A DNA stretch of 64,000 nucleotides from Chrysomallon squamiferum (taxonomy: Eukaryota; Animalia; Mollusca), in NCBI GenBank assembly GCA_012295275.1, contig CM022670.1, forward strand, positions 20,150,001 through 20,214,000. The letters are read 5' to 3'. The position numbers and the translations under genes are program-made. This document shows, piece by piece, positions 41,689-54,200 of the stretch (positions are counted from its first letter, which is position 1; every line of letters starts with the position of its first letter). The notes under the pieces were generated by a model. It did no database searches. It saw only the letters and a program-made list of their open reading frames with translations, and was not told where the DNA came from.

Positions 41689-44600
41689 TCCCTTTCTTTA
41701 AAGTATTTTTCAAAAGTCTGAAATCATTCTCTGATGATATTGAAGTAATCTAATTTTTTTAATTTTTTTTTTTTTTTATATATAAAATATAAAACAAATT
41801 TAAAGATGAAGAAAAAGAAATTGTAAGACTATTTTTCTAAGTTGTCAGATAAAACATAAAACAATCTATTTCCTATATTATATTAAGAATTTTGTTTTTT
41901 CTCATAGATTAAACAATAACAAGGGCAAGATATAATGAACAGGTAAAATAAAAAATTATTATTATTATTATTATTATTTATTTTATTTTATTTTTTTTTT
42001 TTTTTTTTTTTTTGGAGTCATCTCTTTTGTCAGTATTATTTTTTATTTCTATTTCAGAGAGAGAAATAAAAAATTAAAACTTGTTTTAATTCTTTATTCC
42101 AATCTGACCTTGCTTGTACATGCATACAAACTAAAACAACATGTGATCAGGTGTCCTTAACAAAATTGGAAATTAACAAATGTAATTTATAAAGTCTGTG
42201 GTCAACTACTACAGATTTGACTGGTCTTGGCAATTGACCAATATTAGATAGTCATCATGATAAGCAGGTGAAAAATTACAGCTATCCCTACAATTACCAG
42301 TAACAGAAGAAAACCCTGTCAAAAGAATGAACTTTTTTTTTCAAGGGAGAAAATAAAATAGCCTCCATCCCTAAAGAGATATATTGCTCTGGGAAAATCC
42401 CTAACAGAATGATTTCACTGAAGATAAAAAAAGAAAAAGGAAGGGCAAAAATAAATTCTTGAACAAAAATTTTCTGTTAATGTCTTCCATAATTTTGCCT
42501 CAGCACAATGGCAGGGGCTGGTGATAATTACAGGGTAGTAAAAGGTTGTGGAAGCTGAATGTTTTCCCATTGAATCGATGTGGAAAAAATGCTATATTTT
42601 TCTTGTTGACGTGTTGTCAGTGGACTCCTAAAACGGACGCAGAAAGCAATAAATCTTGGCTGTCGGTTTTTATCTCGCTTTGTCTCGACTATGACAGTTT
42701 TCCATGGTTTTGTTCAGGGTAGATTTATCATTACAAACTTCAGTGGGGCCACTGACAGTTCCACAGTGTGAGGGGTGGGTTCTATTTTTATTTTATTTTG
42801 TTTGTTTGATAGGTATTTCGTACAGGAGGTCTGCGTATGTGTTTATAATTTTTAAATATTTTTTTTTAATGACTGAATAAATTCCTTTATGACTGTTTGT
42901 GTGAATAGCCAACTCTGTGAGAAGTCTGCCAGTGAATGACACACAGTTTATCATTAAATAAAGGCACTAACTGGAACACTGACTGTCATATAAAGTAAAA
43001 AAAAAAAAATATATATATATTAGTATATATACATGGTTATTATAACACGTTAGGTGTCAGAAAAGGTACTGAATAAAAGACACACAATACAGTCCAAAGC
43101 TGCTGATGTGATAGTTCAAATACTGGTTAGAGATGGAAATACAAATATCAAACCTAATTATTCTCATTTTATTTCTGGTTTAAAAAAGCAACAATGTTTA
43201 TCGTTTAAAGAAAAAAAAGAAGAAGAAGATGAATTTAAGAAGTATAATATTACAAGCATAATGATATGTTGATTTAAAAACCAGTTGGAATAGTTAATCG
43301 CAATTTCAGTTCTAATTTAACTCTCTCTATCATCAAAATTGATTAAAAACCCACCTAAGATTTATGTCAAATGCAATATCATCTTAATTTCTTTTATCAT
43401 AACACTGCAGATTAATATAACATTTTCTAAGCTTCTGTTTTTATTAGAAAATTTAAAAAAAATATTTATCAAAAAACCTAAATTTCATTATTTTTATTTT
43501 TATCTTCATTTCTTTATTTCTTTTTAAAAAAGAATGATAAAGACTAAAAAAAGAAAAAGTAATTTATGGTGGAATGAAATAGAAGCTGAGAGAAAGAAAC
43601 TGAAGATGCCTTAATGAATAAATTACAAAAAATTGTGCCAATGTTATTATTACTAGTTTTCATCTTCCTAACCTATTTGTCTGAGAACCATAAACCATTT
43701 TATTTAGCTGTAAGTCAGTGATTTTAATGATAGCATGGGGCATCATTGTCAGACCAACTGATACTGTTTTAAGGTTTTTAAATATCAATACAGATTTGTA
43801 AAAGGCATTACAACACATTTAAGAGAATTAAGAGAGGTCTGTGTTTGAAAAAAAAAAAAAAAAAAAAAAAAAAATTTAATTATCTATATGAAACTTGAAA
43901 TATAATGTAAAATATTGTTTAAAATTGGAAAATATTTGATAAACTGGGATTAAATAAACAAATTTAATTTTAATTTTACTGTTCTCTATGAATCATGGTT
44001 CATAAATTTTTAAATATTATTAAAGCTTTCTTAAACCAAAAGTACTCAACTGAATGTTGTTGTTTGGTGATTTTTGTTTGCAGGTTTTGATATTATGTGT
44101 GTTAGACATCTTGTTGCATTTTAAAATTTTATTTCACTCACTTCTGAAGACCAATCAATTTGACAGCTTCAATCAACTTTAAAAAATAAATAATTTGTCT
44201 GTGTGTATCTGTATGTGTATGGATGTGTGTGTGGTTTTTTTTTATGTAGATGTATTTCTTAATTTATAAAGGTGTATCTAATTTAACTTTCCATTTACTG
44301 AATGCTAAATAGAAAAAGACTATCATCAAATTAATTTTAAATTTATGATTTACTGAATGTCTGCTTTTTACCAGACTATGAACATTTCTTAAACTAAAAA
44401 CTGTTCATATTTATTTCAGATTTACAGATATTTGTCAAGGACTTTCTTTCACAGTAAATAACCCAGTCCCATTTATTATTTTATTGGCCAATATCTAAAA
44501 CCTTTATATGAACAAATTATCAACAGGTTTAGCCACTTAATGAAAGAAAATTTGTTAATGGAATAAACACAGCCAATTGTGAAGGATGCCGTCTTTATTT

Positions 44601-44903
44601 AATTCATCATGAATAGCATGGAAATGGCCCTGTCCTCAAATTGTGGATGATAATTGCGTCTTTTGCTGGTGATTTTCCACCAGACTTCAGTCACAATTCA
44701 GGGAGTAATTTGATTTTCTACTTGACTGGGCATTCTTTCTGTGGCTCTTGGCTTTATACGTGTGTCTGGCTTTATGCCTCACAAACTGCCGCTTTGCCCC
44801 AAGGGCCTGCTTTGAGAAGACTCACAATCACTGGCAAGTCTATTAAAATTTTCTGAACTTGATAAAAAGTGAATTATCGCAGTCATTGAGGTTTTTTACA
44901 AAC

Positions 44904-44918
44904 ATGGCTCTAGACATG
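44904..44918 (+). CDS. Candidate alternative start exon end MALDM (phase 0), or part of a 36-nt cassette exon 44883-44918
   Basis: Strong start context caaacATGg, donor ATG|GTAAGC at 44918/44919, in-frame upstream TAA at 44844, preceded by a ~340-bp GC island with CCAAT near 44572. Confidence 0.3.
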
Positions 44919-47167
44919 GTAAGCTGAGGTGTAATATTTCTGGTATTACCATGTTCAGATGCACAGAAGATAGCAGTTGTTAAAGTACATGATGTTTGAT
45001 GCACAACATCTTTCTTATTATTATGTCAACAGTATTGCATTATTATTATTATTCTTAATAATTTATAAACTGAATTTGTGCAGGTTTGTGTGTGAAATGA
45101 TTTATGTCAGTGTTCTTGAATGTTAACCAATGATTGTAATTTCACAAATAAATAAATAAGTTAAAATGCAACATATATATCTAAATAAATATTTGATTAA
45201 ATAAATGATTCTAAGAATAAAATATAACAATTTCTTATTAATTAATAACAATAAGGAGAAAAAGCAGAAGATGCAGAATAAGAAGGAGGAAACATCCTAA
45301 AATAAATAAATAAAACCAATATAAAGTTATCCACCCCCCAAAAAAAAGTTGTTTAAAAAAGACATAAAAACAAAAGTAAGTATAACAAACAAAATAAATA
45401 AACTAGTTTTAAATTATAATATTTTAGAATGTATTGGAGATTCACTGTTTTGTACAAAACACATATATTTATTTTATAACTTAACTAAAATCAGATCAGT
45501 TTTTCTTATTTTGTAAAAAATAACAAAGCTACTACCTTGATTCTTAAGTGAACATGTTCAACAAATGCTGCAAACACAAACATCAAAATAAATATATAGA
45601 GGTTTGCTTCAGACATTCTTGCACATATACATCCAAGGTTCCATATACATCCAGATCTGTTCAAATATTATAATATTATTGTATTATGATGTTCCTTCGA
45701 CTATGGAATAAAAAAGTCCCATCAGACTGAGTATTTTTAGTTACACGTTCAAGAAATGTTTATATATTCACTTGTGGCATTGCTTTAGAAAAATTATACA
45801 TTAAAAAATATTCAAACTGTAAAAAGTATGTGTGTTTCTTGGAGTATAATTTTTTTTATTTAATTTTTTTTAATTTAGTACATGATTTGAGTAGATGTTC
45901 TCTCCCCTTCCTTCTTATCTTTTTGGAATATATTTTAGAAACTAGTTCATGCATCTATCTGATAGGTTTATCTCCAACAACCAGTTAAAAACATGCTTAT
46001 TTATGTAAATATGCAGAATTATAACATATGACAAAAAGTTTTATTTTAACCAGTACATGATCTTAGAAGTATCCGTGTGTGTGTGTGTGTGTATCTACAT
46101 GTACATGAGTTTGTATTTATGTATGTTTGTATTTATGTATGTATGTATGTGTTTAAAGGATCTATCTGCTGAAAGTGATGGATAATATTTTTGAAGCATA
46201 GCATATATATTTTTGAAGCATTGCATATAAATTCCAAGAAAAAACACAAAGTGTAGAGATCAGAGACGTTTATATATATATATATAACACATTCATCTGC
46301 ATTAACCAGTAAAAAACTGTTTTTACACGTTTGTAGAGTACCATATCATGTCATATATTAAACAGGTTTATCTTTAGCAACTGAAATGAAGCATAGTTTT
46401 ACTAGTACAACAAAATATATATAACTTATGCAATAATAATAATAATAATAATAATAATAAAGGTATGCATGTATATATGTATGTATGTGTATGTATGTTT
46501 ATTTAAGTGTGTATGTATAATAATTCAATATTTTATCATGTTAAAAGCAGTTCAAAAACAGCAGATATTTCAAATTTTCATTTGATGCTTTGACATATTT
46601 ATAGTTTATTTTAGCTTTGACTACAGATTTAAAATAAGTTTTATTTCTTTATTATACTAGACTGACCCTATTTGTTTATTTTTTATTATATAAAAATAGT
46701 GCCTTTAACCTTAAGTAATTAATACGTATTTTTGTAACTACAGACAAAAGGAAAAAACTGTATATTTCACTAGCAAAGCCTAATACTAGCATTCATAAAC
46801 TATAGAAAGAACAAAAATATAACAAAGTTACAGTACCACTCATATCATTAACAAAGAAACGTAACTAAAAGGGGCAAAACTCTTTACAGTAGAATGCCTG
46901 GGTTCAAAGCAGCAATCACCTTTGAGCGAATCTGACAAAATCAACATCTATAATTGACCAGTGATAATGGGCAGTCCATGTTGCTGTGGCCTGCTGGGCT
47001 GCCCGAAAACTCTTGTGTTCCCTTGGCTAAACCAATATCGCAATTAGCCTGTACAAAAGAACCAGCAAGCTTTATCAAGCAGGGCAAAATTGGAACTTAA
47101 TTGACAGTAATTCCTCCATTTCCCACCTTAAACAGCCCATCTGGCTTCAATTTCTGACCAATGTTGT

Positions 47168-47445
47168 TAGAAATTTTCTCACCCTAGAAAATATTTAACT
47201 AATGTTGAACAACCAGCGCTATCAATATAGAAAACTTTCAACCAAAAATTAACTTTTTTTACTGTTTTTTTTTTTTTTATTTTTTTTTACCTTAGTTTGC
47301 ATAGAAAGTTTTCTTACCCTAGAGAATGTAACTAGTATTAGATAACAATGTTATTCAAAAGTTTCTCATTCTAAATAATATTTAAATAGCATTAGACAAG
47401 GAATAAAGTTAGAAATTTTCTTATCCTAGATAATATTAACCACCA
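47168..47445. repeat. Degenerate ~55-bp tandem repeat, 4-5 copies
   Basis: Recurring tagaaattttct(c/t)accctaga..atattta at about 47168, 47302, 47357 and 47410. Confidence 0.7.
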
Positions 47446-48106
47446 CTTCATAAGTGTTGTTTTGTTTGTTCTTGTTCTTTTTTTAAATCAACCTAAATTT
47501 AAAGTGCAGATTTCTTTTATGTATTTTTTAGATTTTTATTTATTTGTTTTTATTTATTTATTTATGTGGACCATTTGGATAGAACACATTAATGACTTGA
47601 CAAATAAATTTCACAAAAACAATAATGCATTTTATTTTCATTAGCTAAATAATTACTTGAAGTGAAACATTCACTGGGAAAAAATAATAAATAAAAAATA
47701 AAAATGTATTTCTATTTTCACAAGCAGTTATGAAACTATGTGTTATGTTGTAAACAGAGCTAAATAAAATATAAAATAAATTATTTGCAAAATACAGATT
47801 AAAATTAAACTACAAAGGACTTTAACAATTATGATTTCACCACATAATGTATGTCAGAGTATTGATGAATGTAAAGATTTATTTTCTGCTATCAAATTCA
47901 ACATTAAAGGAATCTGTGTAAAATTTATTACATTTATATCAGAATACTATGAGAAAAAGAGTTGTTTTTTTTTAATTGAATTTCTCTAAAATAAATAATC
48001 AAGTTGCATTAACCTTTGATAAAGATTAAGTAAATAATATATTTAGACATTAGTAATCATTTTAATGTAATATCAGTTATATGGAAAAAATATGAAAAAA
48101 TATGTT

Positions 48107-48163
48107 ATTTATAATGTCAAGATTTTATCATTTGTTTAATGATAAAATCTTGACATTATAAAT
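48107..48163. repeat. Perfect inverted repeat: 26-bp arms, 5-nt loop
   Basis: atttataatgtcaagattttatcatt-tgttt-aatgataaaatcttgacattataaat. Confidence 0.97.
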
Positions 48164-49299
48164 TACCATTATTTTCAATTTTTATATATATTTATATATT
48201 TGTATATTTACATTCCATCCTTTTGTTTAAATTATGTACCTGGTTTTATATTCTGTAGTTGTAAGAACAGTTTTTTTTTTTTTTTATATTCATATTAATT
48301 TTATGAACATTCGAAAATGATTTAAAGTTTATATTAGTTTGACAGCTTAGACTATTAACATGTAAAACATTATATCTTGACATGAATTACAAATAACAAA
48401 AAAAAAAATTTTCTAAATTTTATTTCAACGCTACACTCAAAGTAATAGCAACATTTAATTTAAATATTTTTTTATTAATGTTTTTATAAAAAATTTCATC
48501 TATTACACAATTAAAGACTGACAGTTTAGACTAGTGAACATATGATTTTGATTCTTTAAGCCATTTTAAAATCTGATAATTGGACATACACAGAACAAAC
48601 TTACACATACAAGCACATATATATCTGCATACTTTAATAACTTTTTTAATAAAAAAATTGACTGTAATTTGAAAGCAAAGCTGATGTTTAACATTAGGAA
48701 GTAAAATATGCTTTATTTAACAATACAGAATACATTTATCATTTGTGGTTATACAAACAATTCAAAACCTGCTGCCAACACATGATAAGCTTCTCTTTTT
48801 TCAATTAGCATGAAAGGATTATCTAAATATATCTTCCCAAAAGTGTTTACCTTGACATTATTGAGTTGAACTGCCAACCTAAAACCAACCTTAATATTTG
48901 ATCACTGACTAAATAATTTTCGTCCACCATACTATAGCCAACTGCAACATTTAATCATGGAGTAAAATAATTTGTGTCCACCATACGTATGTGTGACTGT
49001 TTTGAATTACTAAGAACCTTGTTAAATCCACATAACCATAGAAAGATTGTGAAATTTGATTCCATGAGGAGACTGGTTTGTTTGGGTGGAGTTGTTTTTA
49101 AAACAATAAATAAGAGACAAAATGCTGAAATGAAACAGGCTGGACTTGATGAATACAACATCAAGCAAGATGGTTCCAATTAAAGAACATTACACAGTTG
49201 GTTCTTCCAGTAAATGGTTAGTTTTTCAAGTGTTGTTTTATTTATCCTGGCATTTCACCCCCCCTACTTTTATAAATTTTATTTTGGCCTGTGTGTAAA

Positions 49300-49323
49300 G
49301 GGGAAGTAGAGGGAGGGGAGGGG
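49300..49323 (+). other. Canonical G-quadruplex motif
   Basis: GGGG-aagtaga-GGG-a-GGGG-a-GGGG fits the G3+N1-7 x4 pattern. Confidence 0.7.
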
Positions 49324-50819
49324 TGGAATGGAAACGTGTTTGAAGTTTTGAAAGCACTCACTGACTTTTTATTCATTAACTGAAATCAAATCAATGTGCT
49401 ACCACAAAAATGCTGACAATGGACATAGTATATTCCTTTGATCTGAAGGTTGTTTTTAGTTGAGGATTTTTCAACAAAAATAAAACTTTTTCAGTAGATG
49501 TTGTAAATTTTTTCTTAAAGGTATTGTAAACTTTTTATTTTCCATGTTATAATTTTTTTTCTTAGAGGTGTCACAAACCTTTTTTGCCTCACAGATTTTA
49601 CAATCCTTCAGTTTTTTTTTTCATCAATATAAACTTTTTCTTGCTGATAAAAAAAAAAATAGGAAGAAATATGCAGCCAATTTTTAAAGATCTTAAAAAA
49701 AAAAGCAGTCTCAATATACCAAGGAGAGTTTTTCTCCACATCACAGGCTTTACAGAACACAGAATATGTCCATATTCCTAGAAAACTAAGAAGCAGTGAA
49801 GAATGCTTTTCGTAAAACTTGTTTTTTTTGTTATTTAATTACAGTAAAAGAATGAATATTTTATTTCAACACATTTATTAGTTCTGTTTCCCATGGACAT
49901 AAAAAAAAATGTAAGAGCCTTTGATATACTAGCCATGAAGGATTGCCTTTAATGAGGAATAGCTGTAAGGAAATGTTGGAATGGGAAATACTTCAGTAAC
50001 CACTCAGAACTGATAGTAATCCAGCATGACCTAAGCCACTTAGCTTACAGTCCTCTCTGAATTCAGCTTTCTCGATATCTGAAATTTCTGTCTCTTCCCA
50101 TTAAATAAATTTTAAAAAAAACAAAACAATTTCTGTATAAAATAATTATATATTAATTTAATAAATGTGATATTGCATACCATATTGGAAGTAAGTTTTA
50201 GAATTGTTATTTAGTTCAATATTTAATTAGGTATTTAAAAAAAAAAATAATAAATAAATAAATAAATAAATTCTTAGCATATAATAATTAAATAATTTAA
50301 AAGTTTTTTTGTAGCTATAAAATAACCATAGTAACAACAATTAAAAGATTGAAAGTAGTTTTCAAAAATATCATTTATATATAAAGTACTGGCAAAACTC
50401 AAAATAATAATAATATTTCTTATTATTATTTTTTTAAACATTCTAATAATGACTAATCTATTTTTTTAAAAACCACATGACATATTGATATAATTATTTT
50501 ATCATACCACTTAACATTTTTTTGTTTTGTTTTGTTTTCTAAACAAATTCAATAAATACGTTTAATAAAAAGAAAAACTGATGTATACATTTTATATGTA
50601 AATCTATCAGTAAAAAGATGTGTTGTTGGAAAACAAATGCAGTCATTTGTAACCTGTTAAACTTTGCCATTGAAAACGTCGTATTTGACAGTGTATGTGG
50701 ATTAAACAAGACATATTTATTGCTTTGCTTCTGAATCTTGAATCTACAACATGTTTTGACTAACAGTCCACACATTTTCCTTTCTTTTATTGATAGTTTT
50801 TTTTTTTGAAGAGAGGTAG

Positions 50820-51212
50820 CTACAATTGTGCTTCTGCTGCTGTCGTTGTTGTTGTTATTTTTACTGTTGTTGTTGTTGTTGTTACTTTGTTGATGATGTG
50901 TTACTGTTATTTTTTTTTTTAATCTTCATCACAAAACAACTACTACTACTACTACCACTGCTGCTGCTGCTATTATTATTATAGGTGACAGTAGTAGTAT
51001 TAGTCATAGTAATAGTAGTAGTAATAGTAGTAGTAGTCATAGTAGTAGCAGTTGTGATAAAAAAATGATTATTACTGTTATTAGTTATAAACCTTTTTCA
51101 TTTTACAGCAGTTTTCTTCTTTTTCTTCTTCTTTGTCTTTTTCTTCTTCATCTTTTTCTTCTTCTTCTTCATCTTATTACTATTATTATTATTTTGATCA
51201 TCATCATCATCT
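50820..51212. repeat. Mosaic trinucleotide repeat tract (GTT, CTA, CTG, TAG, CTT, TAT, CAT)
   Basis: Direct reading. Confidence 0.9.
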
Positions 51213-54200
51213 CAAGTAATAAACAAACCTCATAATCAGAACCACAAAATTTTTTTTTTAAGTTAATGAAAAAAGTATCAATTTATTTTTTTTAATCTGC
51301 TCCTGAAACAAAATTTGAAAGAAAGAGGGTAAATTAAAATGGAAGAAATTAATTACAAAGATTAGACAAAATTAGTTTTTTCAGCTGAATAATTAATAAA
51401 AATCAAAAATTATTATTATTACATTTTAAAAATGTTTGAAATCTAATATTAAAGAATATTAAATATTTTAATCAGTCAGATAAATTAAATTTATAAAAGG
51501 AAAATATAAAATATAAAATATAAATTTAAATAGCAAAAGTAATAATAATTTAGTCTCATTTCATCTCATTATAATATTAATGTTTATGAGTTAAACTCTT
51601 TTGCAGAATAATGGTTTTTGGGGTTATTTTTTATTTTTTTATTATTTTATTTTTATACATTTCTTATATATAAAAAACATTATTTTAATTTTTTTATTAT
51701 TTTTTTTTAAATTTACAGTCTGATCATACAGTATTGAAGAAGTACAAAAATGACATTTTGAAAAATATTTATTTACATTATAAATAATTTATGAGATTAT
51801 TAATTTTAAGATTATATAAAACAGATAACAAATAACAGTAATATAGTAAAATATATTTAAAAAAAAAACATTTCATAAGACATTTATCAAATTTTTCCAG
51901 TTGCACTACAAATAGTGTAATTAAATAAAAGAAAGTCAACAACAACAGCAACATCAACATTGTTGCATGCTACTGTAGGTTGGTCTGCTTTCTCGTCTGA
52001 ATATTGGATTACTGCAGCGTTTCAGAAGCCAGCCAAAGCTAACCGATCTCGTGAAACCAGGCCCACTTGCTATACTCCCAGTTCTCAAGGAGGCTTTAAT
52101 TGTGAAAATCTGCCAGTACAAATGCTGCTGCTGTAGAGATTGTAGCTGCCTCATTGAGGGATTTGTGGAAAGTGTTTTACTTAAAGCTCTGTGTGGAACT
52201 TTGTTGTTTTGTTGTAATATTGTGTCAACAAAAACATTCCTTGGGATTTCATTTTTTTTTTTATAAATATAAAAAAAGCAAAAAAAAAAAGAAGAAGAAT
52301 ACTTGGTTCTCCATATTAGTGGTAAGTGATCCATTTGATTAAAATTTTTATTTCCATCTTCTTTTTTTTTTTTCTCAGTCCAGATTTATTTATTGTTATT
52401 CAGTTTATTAATTTGTTATTCAGTTTATGTACTTCTATTAAGATTAATGCTGTTTAAAATAATAATGGTTTATTTATTCCTGCATTAATATTCATAATTG
52501 TATTAGTAGATATCATGCACAGTTATTGTAAAATTATTTTGTTTAAAAACATTATTTATTTATCCACAATCTTTATATTATTTTTATTTTTAATAATAAT
52601 CTGAGGTGGAATACATACATTTTTTTTCTCATTTATTTCAAAGTTTACATAGGATCTTTTAAAAGAATACATATAATAATACGTTTAGTTTAATTGTTTA
52701 AAGAAAAGTACAAATATATCCCAATTAAATTTTTGCAGTCCACTTAATAAAATCCTGAACATTTGAAAGTAAACTAATATATATAATATTATATATTTTT
52801 TATCAATCGTTATCTTTAATACTAATTACTGAATATGACATTTATAAGCACTACTTCCTAAAATAATTTAATACATTAAAATTAATTAAAAATTTTCATT
52901 ATCTCATCGCCTCCATGGAAATATTTCCGATGACATTTAGTAGGTGCAGAAAAATTTTGCACTCTGCAATGACCATTAAAATAATTTAGAAATTACCCTT
53001 TGACCTTACGGGAATATTTGACAGAAACAGTTGGGCCATAGTAAGTAGCCGAGATTGCAAAACTACACAGATTCTGACAGAAGTAACATTTACCATTATA
53101 CCGCAATAAAATTGTTTTGTCTCTCATTTTCCTGTCAACCGAATGACTGATTTATTTGATAATGGCACCAATGAAGGTATTAGTTTCATTCTTCATGCCA
53201 CTAACATGTAAACTGTTTAGTTTTTTTTTTTTTTCAATTTAAAAAATTAAGAAATATAAAATATAAAAAAGATACAATTAAAAAAACAAACAAACACAAA
53301 TAACACCTCCAATATTATTTTTTTTATTTTATTTTACTGTTTGAATATTTTTGATATAAGATTACTTTTTAAAATTAAATATAATTTAATATATTTTTAA
53401 ATAAATTTAAATATTGATATGTATATGTATATATTTAATATCAATATATCAGTATATTTTATATAAATAATTTATATTTCAGAAATGTCTGATTTAAATT
53501 TTTGTTTTGTTTTGTGTTTTATTTTTTCTAAATTAAGATTTAGAACTTACAATAAAAATATTTTTATATTACTTTATTATGTTAAGAAATAATCTTTTTC
53601 TAATCTTTTTTGTAATATTGTTTCTATTTTTTTTATTATTCCATTAAGTTCCTTATTTTCTGCACACTTTTAAAATATGAAAATGTTATATAAATAATAC
53701 TTAGTTAATTATTTAATTTTAATAAAAATAATAATCAAATGGAAATATACTGTAAATAAAAAAACATTAATTTTGGCACTGTTATTTTAAAATAATATAA
53801 CCTTTTTTTTTTCTGACAGTTTAATTCAGTTGAAATTTATGTGTAAATATAATAAATGCCGTTTGTGAAGATGTATTACAAAATGAAAATAAAACAGCTG
53901 TTAATTCACAATAAAAAAATAAAAAAATACAATTTAGTGGAGAAAAAGACAACAACCTAAAATTATACGAAAAAAAAGTAAAAAATAAATAATTTATAAA
54001 GAAAACAAACTGAAAATAATTAAATAGATTAGATACAAAAACAGTTATTTTTTTCTTTAAAAACCTCCTTCATCCAAAATTTATGTTTAATTTCAACCTA
54101 ATTATCAAAAAAGTGTCATAAAAATTTTAAAACATTTTATTTGATACTATTTTTAGGTTTTCAATTATTTCTGCTTTTTTTATTTTTCCCTTTTAATTTA

